From a virus, in UHGV virus genome UHGV-0177318: 47,797 nucleotides of DNA; one strand, 5' to 3'. The notes beneath the pieces are model-generated. The model ran no database searches, was not told the origin of the DNA, and saw only the letters and a list, made by a program, of their open reading frames with translations. Position 1 is the first letter of the stretch, and each line of letters begins with the position of its first letter. Below, one piece after another: positions 1 to 9,050 of this stretch. Position numbers and translations under genes: made by a program.

Positions 1-1182
1 TTCCTTAAATTCGGCGATAAAGAGACGCCATTCGGGTTCAAATGGACGCCGGGCGATCCTGCCAGCGTTATATATCTGTGTGAACACAATGCCTGCGTAA
101 TTAAACAGCAGGAGCTCGATTTTTCGCAGGCGCGGTACATCTGTGATGAAACCGGGATCTGGACGCGAGACGGACTTTGCTGGTTTTCATCATCGGGTGC
201 CGAAATTGATCCGCCTGACAGCGTAACCTTTCATATCTGGACGGCCTATAGCCCCTTCACAACCTGGGTGCAAATCGTCAAGGACTGGATCAAGACCAAA
301 GGGGACACGGGAAAGCGTAAGACGTTCGTCAACACAACGCTTGGTGAAACGTGGGAGCCTAAAATTGGTGAGCGTCCTGATGCTGAGGTGATGGCCGAAC
401 GTATTGAGCACTTCGGTGCCAGGGTGCCGGAGCGCGTGGCCTATCTTACTGCCGGTATTGACTCACAGCTTGACCGTTACGAAATGCGTGTCTGGGGCTG
501 GGGGCCTGGTGAGGAAAGCTGGCTTATCGACAAAATTATCATTATGGGGCGACATGATGATGAATCCACGCTTCTGAGGTTGGATGAGGCGATCAACAAA
601 ACCTATCCGAGGCCTAACGGTGTTGAGATGCTTATTTCCCGCATCTGCTGGGATATCGGTGGCATAGACCCAACGATTGTTTATAACCGCTCGAAAAAGC
701 ATGGTCTGTTTCGTGTCATCCCCGTTAAAGGCGCATCTGTCTACGGCAAGCCCGTGGCGAATATGCCTCGTAAGCGTAACAAGAACGGCGTTTATCTCAC
801 TGAGGTAGGAACAGACACCGCGAAAGAGCAAATTTATAACCGTTTCACGCTGGTGGCAGAAGGCGACGAACCGCTGGCGGGAGCGGTTCACTTCCCTAAT
901 AACCCTGAAATATATGATTTAGCTGAGGCTCAGCAGCTTACGGCTGAAGAGCAGGTTGAGAAGTGGGTAGACGGGAAGAAAAAAATCGTCTGGGACAGTA
1001 AAAAACGACGAAATGAGGCGCTTGACTGTTTTGTCTATGCACTTGCAGCTCTGCGGATAAGTATCTCCCGCTGGCAGCTGGATCTGGATTCTCTTCTGGC
1101 CAGCTTACGGGAAGAAGACACTGGCCGTAAAAATAATAAATCTCTGGCGGATTATGCCAGGGCATTAGCGGGAGATGAATAA
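1..1182 (+). CDS. A: Terminase large subunit (lambda gpA-like), C-terminal 393 aa; the 5' part is at the window end (47057..47797)
   Basis: Frame 1 is open from base 1 ([35 protein letters not shown]..) and runs into track ORF 268..1182. It is colinear with lambda gpA as I recall it ([64 protein letters not shown]). Both parts together give 640 aa, against 641 in lambda. Confidence 0.95.
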   Translation, partial: FLKFGDKETPFGFKWTPGDPASVIYLCEHNACVIKQQELDFSQARYICDETGIWTRDGLCWFSSSGAEIDPPDSVTFHIWTAYSPFTTWVQIVKDWIKTKGDTGKRKTFVNTTLGETWEPKIGERPDAEVMAERIEHFGARVPERVAYLTAGIDSQLDRYEMRVWGWGPGEESWLIDKIIIMGRHDDESTLLRLDEAINKTYPRPNGVEMLISRICWDIGGIDPTIVYNRSKKHGLFRVIPVKGASVYGKPVANMPRKRNKNGVYLTEVGTDTAKEQIYNRFTLVAEGDEPLAGAVHFPNNPEIYDLAEAQQLTAEEQVEKWVDGKKKIVWDSKKRRNEALDCFVYALAALRISISRWQLDLDSLLASLREEDTGRKNNKSLADYARALAGDE

Positions 1183-1388
1183 TGGCAACACAGGCTGAAC
1201 TGGATGCCGCGCGCGCAGCGTTACATGATCTGATGATGGGAAAACGGGTTGCGACGGTACAGAAAGACGGTCGAAGGGTGGAATTTACGGCGACGTCAGT
1301 CAGCGATCTGAAAAAGTACATCGCCGATCTAGAGTCACAGGTCGGTACCACTTCACGACGCCGCGGGCCGGCAAGGTTCTACGCATGA
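1182..1388 (+). CDS. W: Head-tail joining protein (lambda gpW-like)
   Basis: 68 aa. [43 protein letters not shown] is nearly identical to lambda gpW. The start overlaps the A stop (TAATG). Confidence 0.92.
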   Translation: MATQAELDAARAALHDLMMGKRVATVQKDGRRVEFTATSVSDLKKYIADLESQVGTTSRRRGPARFYA

Positions 1389-2974
1389 AAATTCCTTCTT
1401 TAGTTGGCCCCGACGGGAAAACCTCCCTGAGGGAATATGCAGGCTATCACGCCGGTGGCGGCGGATTCGGTGGGCAGCTAAATGCCTGGAATCCCCAGAG
1501 TGAAAGTGCCGACGCCGCACTTCTGCCGAACTTCGCCCGGGGGAATGCCCGTGCTGATGATCTGGTCCGTAACAATGGTTATGCGGCAAACGCCGTTCAG
1601 CTTCACCAGGATCACATCGTCGGGTCTTTTTTCAGACTGAGTTACTGCCCGAGCTGGCGTTATCTCGGCATTAAAGAAGAGGAAAGCCGAGCATTTGCCA
1701 GGGAGGTGGAGGCCGCCTGGTATGAATATGCGGAGGATGACTTTTGCGGGATTGATGCCGAGCGCAAGCGTACCTTTACGATGATGATCCGTGAAGGCGT
1801 TGCGACGCACGCATTTAACGGTGAACTGTGCGTCCAGCCCACCTGGGACAGTGATTCATCGCGACTTTTTCGCACGCAATTTAAAATGGTTAGTCCAAAA
1901 CGCGTGAGTAATCCCGGTAATACAGGTGACACGCGTAACTGTCGCGCGGGTGTCAAAATCAGTGATAGCGGCGCAGCGCTGGGGTACTACGTCAGTGAAG
2001 ACAGCTATCCTGGCTGGATGTCGCAAAAATGGACCTATATACCACGGGAACTGCCGGGCGGAAGGCCATCATTCATCCATATTTTTGAACCGCTTGAGGA
2101 TGGACAGACCCGCGGCGCAAACGTGTTTTACAGCGTGATGGAGCAGATGAAAATGCTCGACACCCTGCAAAATACTCAGCTCCAGAGCGCAATTGTAAAA
2201 GCTATGTATGCGGCGACAATCGAGAGCGAGCTTGATACCGATACGGCGATGGACTTTATCCTCGGCGCGGATAGTAAGCAGCAAAATAAGCTGACGGGCT
2301 GGCTTGGCGAAATGGCAGCATACTACGCTGCAGCGCCGGTTCGCCTCGGTGGCGCGAAAGTGCCTCATCTTATGCCGGGCGATTCCCTGAACCTTCAGTC
2401 AGCACAGGATACCGATAACGGTTATTCCACCTTTGAACAATCACTCCTGCGCTATATTTCGGCCGGTCTTGGTGTTTCGTATGAGCAGCTTTCCCGTAAC
2501 TACTCTCAGATGAGCTATTCGACGGCGCGCGCCAGCGCCAATGAATCCTGGGCGTTCTTTATGGGGCGTCGCAAGTTTGTCGCGGCCCGGCAAGCCTGCC
2601 AGATGTTCGTCTGCTGGCTCGAAGAGGCGATTGCGCGCCGGGTTGTCACGCTCCCGTCCAAAGCCAGGTTTAGCTTCCAGGAGGCGAGAACTGCCTGGGG
2701 TAACGCCAACTGGATTGGCTCGGGGCGCATGGCTATTGATGGGCTGAAGGAGGTGCAGGAGGCCGTGATGCTGATTGAGGCTGGTCTCAGCACATATGAG
2801 AAGGAGTGTGCCAAACGCGGAGATGACTATCAGGAGATATTTTCTCAGCAGGTACGTGAAACTATGGAGCGCCGGAGCGCGGGACTTAAACCTCCGGCAT
2901 GGGCGGCAGCTGCATTTGAATCTGGGCTGAAAAAATCAAATGAGGAGGTAAAAGATGACGCCAGAGCTGCGTAA
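1385..2974 (+). CDS. B: Portal protein (lambda gpB-like)
   Basis: 529 aa (lambda gpB 533 aa). Position after W, 4-nt overlap with W, and portal-family length. Confidence 0.9.
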   Translation: MKIPSLVGPDGKTSLREYAGYHAGGGGFGGQLNAWNPQSESADAALLPNFARGNARADDLVRNNGYAANAVQLHQDHIVGSFFRLSYCPSWRYLGIKEEESRAFAREVEAAWYEYAEDDFCGIDAERKRTFTMMIREGVATHAFNGELCVQPTWDSDSSRLFRTQFKMVSPKRVSNPGNTGDTRNCRAGVKISDSGAALGYYVSEDSYPGWMSQKWTYIPRELPGGRPSFIHIFEPLEDGQTRGANVFYSVMEQMKMLDTLQNTQLQSAIVKAMYAATIESELDTDTAMDFILGADSKQQNKLTGWLGEMAAYYAAAPVRLGGAKVPHLMPGDSLNLQSAQDTDNGYSTFEQSLLRYISAGLGVSYEQLSRNYSQMSYSTARASANESWAFFMGRRKFVAARQACQMFVCWLEEAIARRVVTLPSKARFSFQEARTAWGNANWIGSGRMAIDGLKEVQEAVMLIEAGLSTYEKECAKRGDDYQEIFSQQVRETMERRSAGLKPPAWAAAAFESGLKKSNEEVKDDARAA

Positions 2975-4298
2975 TCTCCCGCATATTGCCAGCATGGCCT
3001 TCAATGAGCCGCTGATGCTTGAACCCGCCTACGCGCGGGTTTTCTTTTGCGCGCTGGCAGGCCAGCTGGGTATCACCCGACTGACTGATTCCGCTTCTGG
3101 CGTCTCGCTCGGCGCTGAACAAATTGCAGAGCCGCTGGCGCTGTTTGGCGATGACGAGGAAATGGGGCCCCGGCCAGCGCGGAGCTATCAGGTAACAAAC
3201 GGGATCGCGGTGCTGCCCGTTTCCGGGACGCTGGTCAGCAAAACCCGGTCACTGCAGCCTTATTCCGGTATGACGGGCTATAACGGGGTCATTGCCCGAC
3301 TGCAGCAGGCAATGAGTGATCCCGGCGTAGACGGTATTCTGCTGGATATGGACACGCCGGGCGGGATGGTGTCCGGGGCTTTCGATTGTGCCGACATTAT
3401 TGCCCGGATGCGGGATATCAAGCCCGTTTGGGCGCTGGCAAATGATATGAACTGCAGCGCAGGGCAGCTAATTGCCAGTTCTGCATCGCGACGGCTTGTC
3501 ACGCAAACGGCCAGAACCGGCTCCATCGGCGTCATGATGGCGCACAGTAATTATGGCGCTGCGCTGAAAACTAACGGCGTTGAGGTCACGCTGATTTACA
3601 GCGGCGATCATAAAGTCGACGGAAATCCCTACGAAAAACTACCAAAGGACGTTCGCGCTGATTTTCAGACGCGTATCGATGCCACTCGTCAGATGTTTGC
3701 CGAAAAGGTTTCCGCTTATACCGGAATGTCAGTGCAGGCCGTACTGGACACCGAAGCGGCCGTCTTCTCCGGCCAGGAGTCCGTGGATAACGGTCTGGCG
3801 GATGAACTTGTTAACAATACCGACGCGCTCAGCGTGATGCGTGAAGCACTCGACAGACGCAAAAAAACAACCACTGGAGGAACTATGCCATCACCTTCTG
3901 CATCTGCAGCGACCAATCAGCCAGCTGACCAGGCAGCAACACAGACGACTGCACCGGCTGAGCAGGTCACCACCGTTGACACAACAACTGCTGCCTTAAC
4001 GGCCCCGGCAGACCTCAGCGCTCAGGTATCGGCAGCCGTAGCTGCCGAGAATGGTCGCATCATGGGTATTCTGAACTGCGAAGAGGCAAAAGGTCGCGAA
4101 TCACAGGCCCGTGCGCTGGCCGAAACGCCGGGCATGACGGTCGAGAATGCACAGCGCATTCTGGCCGCGGCGCCGCAAAGCGCCCAGGCGCGTACCGATA
4201 CGGCGCTGGATCGCCTGATGGAAACCGCGCCAGGCGCTCTTTCAGCAGGGAATGCCTCTGCTGAAGCTGGCGACGATTTGTTAAACACCCCCGTTTAA
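2955..4298 (+). CDS. C: Head maturation protease / scaffold (lambda gpC with nested Nu3)
   Basis: 447 aa. The N-terminus [39 protein letters not shown] and the S49/ClpP-like core (LLDMDTPGGMV, NCSAGQL) match lambda gpC. The C-terminal part (AAENGRIMGILNCEEAKGRE...LLNTPV) corresponds to the in-frame nested scaffold Nu3, whose internal start I did not delimit. Confidence 0.92.
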   Translation: MTPELRNLPHIASMAFNEPLMLEPAYARVFFCALAGQLGITRLTDSASGVSLGAEQIAEPLALFGDDEEMGPRPARSYQVTNGIAVLPVSGTLVSKTRSLQPYSGMTGYNGVIARLQQAMSDPGVDGILLDMDTPGGMVSGAFDCADIIARMRDIKPVWALANDMNCSAGQLIASSASRRLVTQTARTGSIGVMMAHSNYGAALKTNGVEVTLIYSGDHKVDGNPYEKLPKDVRADFQTRIDATRQMFAEKVSAYTGMSVQAVLDTEAAVFSGQESVDNGLADELVNNTDALSVMREALDRRKKTTTGGTMPSPSASAATNQPADQAATQTTAPAEQVTTVDTTTAALTAPADLSAQVSAAVAAENGRIMGILNCEEAKGRESQARALAETPGMTVENAQRILAAAPQSAQARTDTALDRLMETAPGALSAGNASAEAGDDLLNTPV

Positions 4299-4307
4299 GA
4301 GGCTAAC

Positions 4308-4640
4308 ATGGCAATCACCGAAGTATTTACTCATACCCAGCCGCTCGGTAACAGCGATCCGGCACACACCGCGTATGCACCGGGCGAACTGACAGCATCC
4401 ACCCCGGCAATGACCCCGCTCATGCTCGATGTTACGTCCGGCAAGCTAACCGTCTGGGACGGCGAGCATGCAGGTGCAGCAACCGGCATTCTGGCGGTTA
4501 CCGCTGACCAGAGCAGTGCTGAACTGGCATTTTATAAATCCGGTTCTTTCCGCATCGAAGATGTGCTCTGGCCGTCTGCCGTTACCGACGAAAATATCAA
4601 GCGTAACGCGTTCGCCGGTACTGCGATCAGCATCGTTTAA
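4308..4640 (+). CDS. D: Head decoration protein (lambda gpD-like)
   Basis: 110 aa, the same length as gpD. Shared motifs: [37 protein letters not shown]. Confidence 0.93.
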   Translation: MAITEVFTHTQPLGNSDPAHTAYAPGELTASTPAMTPLMLDVTSGKLTVWDGEHAGAATGILAVTADQSSAELAFYKSGSFRIEDVLWPSAVTDENIKRNAFAGTAISIV

Positions 4641-4657
4641 TCACCCTCAACTTTCAT

Positions 4658-4682
4658 AAAAGCCGCTTATGCGGCTTTTTTT
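4658..4682 (+). terminator. Intrinsic terminator-like hairpin between D and E
   Basis: aaaaGCCGC-ttat-GCGGC followed by a T7 run. It overlaps the longest-ORF start at 4669, which supports the internal E start at 4696. Confidence 0.6.
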
Positions 4683-4695
4683 ACGGGAAAAATCT

Positions 4696-5721
4696 ATGTC
4701 AGTTTACACAACAGCCCAGCTTCTGGCGGTCAATGAGAAGAAATTCAAGTTCGATCCGCTCTTCCTGCGTATCTTCTTTCGCGAAACTTATCCCTTCAGT
4801 ACAGAAAAAGTCTACCTGTCGCAAATTCCGGGCATGGTCAATATGGCGCTGTACGTATCGCCGATTGTCTCCGGGAAAGTGATTCGTTCCCGTGGTGGCA
4901 GCACGTCGGAATTTACGCCGGGGTATGTGAAGCCAAAACACGAAGTGAATCCGCTGATGACCCTCCGCCGCCTGCCTGATGAAGATCCACAGAATCTGGC
5001 CGACCCTGCCTATCGCCGCCGACGCATCATTCTTCAGAACATGAAAGATGAAGAGCTTGCAATTGCGCAGGTAGAAGAAAAGCAGGCCGTTGCTGCAGTC
5101 CTCAGTGGTAAATACACCATGACCGGGGAAGCGTTTGAGCCGGTTGAAGTTGATATGGGACGCAGTGCCGGTAACAACATCACCCAGGCGGGTGCAGCTG
5201 CCTGGTCTTCTCGCGACAAAAAAACGTACGACCCGACCGATGATATTGAAGCGTACGCGCTTAACGCCAGCGGTGTGGTCAACATTATCGTCTTCGATCC
5301 AAAGGGCTGGGCGCTGTTCCGCTCCTTTGACGCGGTGAAGGAAAAGCTGGATACGCGTCGCGGTTCAAGCTCTGAGCTCGAAACCGCCGTAAAAGACCTG
5401 GGAATGGCCGTCTCATATAAGGGGATGTATGGCGACGTTGCCATCGTTGTGTACTCCGGTCAGTACATCGAGGATGACGTCAAAAAGAACTACCTGCCGG
5501 ATCTGACAATGGTGCTGGGAAATACCCAGGCGCGCGGTCTGCGTACCTATGGCTGCATTCTGGATGCAGATGCACAGCGCGAAGGCATTAATGCTTCAAC
5601 GCGCTATCCGAAAAACTGGGTGCAAACGGGCGACCCGGCTCGCGAGTTCACCATGATTCAGTCAGCTCCGCTGATGCTGCTGCCAGATCCGGACGCGTTC
5701 GTTTCAGTCAAGCTGGCATAA
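4696..5721 (+). CDS. E: Major capsid protein (lambda gpE-like)
   Basis: Starting at MSVYTTAQLLAVNEKKFKFDPLFLRIFFRETYPF gives 341 aa, the same as lambda gpE (MSMYTTAQLLAANEQKFKFDPLFLRLFFRESYPF). The track start at 4669 lies inside the D/E hairpin. Confidence 0.95.
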   Translation: MSVYTTAQLLAVNEKKFKFDPLFLRIFFRETYPFSTEKVYLSQIPGMVNMALYVSPIVSGKVIRSRGGSTSEFTPGYVKPKHEVNPLMTLRRLPDEDPQNLADPAYRRRRIILQNMKDEELAIAQVEEKQAVAAVLSGKYTMTGEAFEPVEVDMGRSAGNNITQAGAAAWSSRDKKTYDPTDDIEAYALNASGVVNIIVFDPKGWALFRSFDAVKEKLDTRRGSSSELETAVKDLGMAVSYKGMYGDVAIVVYSGQYIEDDVKKNYLPDLTMVLGNTQARGLRTYGCILDADAQREGINASTRYPKNWVQTGDPAREFTMIQSAPLMLLPDPDAFVSVKLA

Positions 5722-5766
5722 CTTTCCCCAGTGGCCCTGTTGGGCCACATTTCTGGAGTATTTCCC

Positions 5767-6180
5767 ATGACAGAAAAAGAAACCCTTATCGCCCGACTGA
5801 AAGAGCTGGGCGTAAAGCTTGATCGTGAGGTCAACGTCACAGGCACCATCCAGGAGCTTACGTTACGTATTTCTGAGCTCGAAGAGGAACTCGACGAAGA
5901 CGGAGAAGAGGGCGCTGAGGTGTCCGTTGCCAGCACTACTGCTATCAGCACCTCGGGCCAGCCCGGCCCAGAGAACACCTCTGGCTCTATTACCGAGAAT
6001 CCTGCGTCAAATGAGCCCGGCGAGCTGGTGGCGGTTGAGACACTGGTGACCTTGCACATTGATGCACTTCACGCCACACGCAACGAGTCCCTCTCTATTG
6101 TTGAGCCTGGTGTCGTTATTCGCGTGACCGACGCGGAGGCTACCGAACTGATTTCTCAGGGGCTGGCCCGGGAAGTCTGA
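5767..6180 (+). CDS. FI: DNA-packaging/head assembly protein (lambda gpFI-like)
   Basis: MTEKETLIARLKELG...LVTLHIDALHATRNE...GLAREV parallels lambda FI (MTKDELIARLRSLG...LVKLHTDALHATRDE...GLARMQ). The track start at 5731 is the 5' arm of a hairpin, GTGGCCC-tgtt-GGGCCAC (5731..5748). Confidence 0.85.
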   Translation: MTEKETLIARLKELGVKLDREVNVTGTIQELTLRISELEEELDEDGEEGAEVSVASTTAISTSGQPGPENTSGSITENPASNEPGELVAVETLVTLHIDALHATRNESLSIVEPGVVIRVTDAEATELISQGLAREV

Positions 6181-6191
6181 CAGGGGGCTTA

Positions 6192-6545
6192 ATGGCTGAT
6201 TTCGATAATCTTTTTGATGAAGCGATGGCGCGCGCGGATACCACTATACGTGGAGTGATGGGCGCAGAGGCAAGGATAACCTCTGGATCTTTATCCGGCG
6301 TCACGCTCCGCGGGGTCTTTGACGATCCAGAGAACATCGGTTTCGCAGAAGCGGGGATCAGAATTGACGGAACCAAGCCGACGTTTTTTGTGAACTCATC
6401 GGATGTAAGCGGGCTGGAACGTCTGGACACGCTGAAGGTAAACGGGCGTGAATTTTGGGTTGATCGCGTGGGCCCGGATGATTGCGGTTCCTGCCATGTA
6501 TGGCTGGGTAGTGGATCACCTCCCGGCGGATCGCGGCGTCGTTAA
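6192..6545 (+). CDS. FII: Head-tail connector protein (lambda gpFII-like)
   Basis: 117 aa. MADFDNLFDEAMARADTTIRG...RGVFDDPENI...FWVDRVGPDDCGSCHVWLG matches lambda FII. Confidence 0.93.
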   Translation: MADFDNLFDEAMARADTTIRGVMGAEARITSGSLSGVTLRGVFDDPENIGFAEAGIRIDGTKPTFFVNSSDVSGLERLDTLKVNGREFWVDRVGPDDCGSCHVWLGSGSPPGGSRRR

Positions 6546-6554
6546 GGAGCATTC

Positions 6555-7139
6555 ATGTCGATAAAAGGTCTTGAGCAGGCGATTGCTAACCTGAATAGCC
6601 TGGACAGAAATATGGTTCCCAATGCCAGCGCATGGGCTGTGAACCGGGTTGCTGCTAATGGCGTCTCGGTTGCCGTCCGAAGAGTGGCGAAAGAAACGGT
6701 AGCCGGTGATAACCGCGTTTCGGGGATACCTGTAAAGCTGGTCAGACAAAGGGTGAGAATCAACAAAGCCTCGGCGTCAGGGCACTCAGCGGCCCGAATT
6801 AAGGTTAACCGGGGCAACCTTCCCGCCATCAAACTCGGTGCCGCGCAGGTCAGGGCTACGAACCGAAAAGGCCCGCTGGTTCGAAAAAGTAGCGTGCTGA
6901 GAATTGGCCGTTATGTTTTTCGCGACGCCTTTATCCAGCGCCTGGCGAACGGCCGCTGGCACGTCATGAAGCGCATTGCAGGAAAAAGTCGTTATCCCAT
7001 CGACGTGGTCAAAATCCCATTGTCCGCGCCCCTCACTACTGCTTTCGAAGCAGAGAAGAAACGCATGCTTGAAGAGGAAATGCCAAAACAACTTGGCTAT
7101 GCCCTCAGGCAACAACTGAGGTTGCATCTGACACGATGA
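6555..7139 (+). CDS. Z: Tail completion protein (lambda gpZ-like)
   Basis: 194 aa. Motifs of lambda Z: MSIKGLEQAIANL, ARIKVNRGNLPAIKLG, NGRWHVMKRIAGKSRYPIDVVKIP, LGYALRQQLR. Confidence 0.9.
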   Translation: MSIKGLEQAIANLNSLDRNMVPNASAWAVNRVAANGVSVAVRRVAKETVAGDNRVSGIPVKLVRQRVRINKASASGHSAARIKVNRGNLPAIKLGAAQVRATNRKGPLVRKSSVLRIGRYVFRDAFIQRLANGRWHVMKRIAGKSRYPIDVVKIPLSAPLTTAFEAEKKRMLEEEMPKQLGYALRQQLRLHLTR

Positions 7140-7534
7140 AACACACTCTCATTCGCCAGAAAATTATTGATGTGCTTGAAGAGGCCATCGGGATCGACGT
7201 CATGTTTTTTGACGGGCGTCCGGCTGTCATTGAGGAGGAGGATTTTCCTGCCGTCGCGGTCTATCTGACCGATGCGGAGTATACCGGCGAAGAACTTGAT
7301 GCCGATATGTGGGCGGCAACGTTACATATCGAGGTCTTCCTGTCATCGCAGGTACCAGATTCCGAACTGGATGAATGGATGGAAAGCCATATCTATCCGG
7401 CCCTCGCTGATGTTCCCGGCCTCGATTCACTGTTAACGCTCATGGTTCCACAAGGCTTCGATTACCAGCGCGATGATGCGATGGGGCTGTGGACCTCCGC
7501 CGATATGAAATATTCAATCACTTACGAAATGTGA
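7136..7534 (+). CDS. U: Tail terminator protein (lambda gpU-like)
   Basis: 132 aa. [52 protein letters not shown] matches lambda U. Confidence 0.93.
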   Translation: MKHTLIRQKIIDVLEEAIGIDVMFFDGRPAVIEEEDFPAVAVYLTDAEYTGEELDADMWAATLHIEVFLSSQVPDSELDEWMESHIYPALADVPGLDSLLTLMVPQGFDYQRDDAMGLWTSADMKYSITYEM

Positions 7535-7541
7535 GGAAAAC

Positions 7542-8285
7542 ATGCCAACACCAAATCCACTTGCTCCTGTAAAAGGCGCCGGTACCACCCTCTGGCTTTA
7601 CACCGGAACGGGCAACGCTTTCGCTAACCCACTCTCTGATATCGACTGGAATCGCCTGGCGAAAATCAAAGAGCTGACGCCGGGCGAAATGACCGCCGAA
7701 TCGTATGACGACACTTACCTCGACGACGAGGATGCCGACTGGAACGCGACGGCCCAGGGGGCAAAATCTGCTGGCGATACCTCGTTCACCCTCGCCTGGA
7801 AGCCGGGCGAAGAAGGGCAAAAAGACCTGGTCGCATGGTTTATTGATGGCTCAGTACGCTATTACAAAATTAAATACCCGAACGGTACCGTCGACGTTTT
7901 CCGCGGCTGGTGCAGCAGTCTGGGTAAAGCCATTCCGGCAAAAGAGGTCATTACCCGTACAGCGAAAATCACCAATACCGGCAAGCCGGAGCTGGCTGAA
8001 GAAAGCGGGACCCCGAATATCCCCGTGACCGGCGTTACGCTCGATAAAGCCACGGCAAGCGTGGTCGTGGGCGCAACCACAACGCTCAATGTGACGGTTA
8101 ACCCTGCCAGTGCCTCAGATACCTCGTTCCGCGTGGCAACCTCCGACGGGGCAAAAGCAACGGTCACCGTTAGCGGCAACGCGATCACCGTCACCGGCGT
8201 GGCGGCAGGTACCGCTGACGTTATTGTTATGACCAGCGATGGTAATTTCGTAGCGGTCTGCAAAGTCACCGTAACTGCAGCGTAA
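7542..8285 (+). CDS. V: Major tail tube protein (lambda gpV-like) with C-terminal Ig-like (Big_2) domain
   Basis: 247 aa (gpV 246 aa). The C-terminal [41 protein letters not shown]...[18 protein letters not shown] is a Big_2-type repeat. Confidence 0.9.
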   Translation: MPTPNPLAPVKGAGTTLWLYTGTGNAFANPLSDIDWNRLAKIKELTPGEMTAESYDDTYLDDEDADWNATAQGAKSAGDTSFTLAWKPGEEGQKDLVAWFIDGSVRYYKIKYPNGTVDVFRGWCSSLGKAIPAKEVITRTAKITNTGKPELAEESGTPNIPVTGVTLDKATASVVVGATTTLNVTVNPASASDTSFRVATSDGAKATVTVSGNAITVTGVAAGTADVIVMTSDGNFVAVCKVTVTAA

Positions 8286-8295
8286 GGAAGGACGC

Positions 8296-8727
8296 ATGTT
8301 TCTGAAAAAAGAGAAGTTCACCTGGCAAACAGAATCCCTGACCATCTTCGAGCTGTCGGCGCTGCAGCGTATTGAGTACATCACGTTTATGGCCGCAGAG
8401 GAAAAGGCCGTCAGCGCTGACAGCGACGGCATCAGCGATCAGGAAATGACGGCCAGGCTGATTGGCTCAAATATTCGCTGCGGTGCGCGTTTGATCGCGA
8501 TGTCTTTGTGGCATAACGATCCGGCTGGCACGGATGTGGAGACGCTTTATCAGCAGGTGCTTAGCGGCTGGCCGCCGGAGGCGATCGGTAAAGCAGAAAT
8601 GGAAATAAAGCTGCTCTCCGGCATGCTCGTTCCGGTTGATGATGACAACGTTGCCGATCCGGATGCCTCCGCGGAGGCCGAAAGCGCTGAACCCGTTACG
8701 GCGGAAAAGCCCTTGCCAGCGAGCTGA
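8296..8727 (+). CDS. G: Tail assembly chaperone (lambda gpG-like)
   Basis: 143 aa (gpG 140 aa). It lies between V and H and has the acidic C-terminus typical of G. Confidence 0.85.
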   Translation: MFLKKEKFTWQTESLTIFELSALQRIEYITFMAAEEKAVSADSDGISDQEMTARLIGSNIRCGARLIAMSLWHNDPAGTDVETLYQQVLSGWPPEAIGKAEMEIKLLSGMLVPVDDDNVADPDASAEAESAEPVTAEKPLPAS

Positions 8728-9050
8728 AGTTTGTCCTGAATCTGGCGCGCGAGTTCGGGCGACCCGACTGGCGCGCCATGCTGGCTGGAATGACTTCCAG
8801 TGAGCTGGGCGACTGGCACCAGTTCTACCGGGAGCATTATTTTCAGGACGCGCAGCTCGATGCGCATTTCTCAGAGCTGCTTTATTCCATCTCCACTCTT
8901 TTCTTCCGCGACCCGGAACTTACCCCCGCACATTTCAGCCTGCTTTCTCCTTCGGATGTCGTCATCAGCGATGACGAGCCGGATGATGACACGCTGATGA
9001 CCGCAGCTGAGGGGATAACAGGAGGTATCCGATATGGCCCAGCAGATTAG
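8296..9050 (+). CDS. T: Tail assembly chaperone G-T fusion made by programmed -1 frameshift near 8703..8709
   Basis: The -1 frame is open from 8691 and reads ..[29 protein letters not shown]..., matching lambda T ([23 protein letters not shown]). That homology starts well upstream of the first ATG of track ORF 8778. The heptamer G GAA AAG (8703..8709) sits where lambda has G GGA AAG. Confidence 0.8.
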
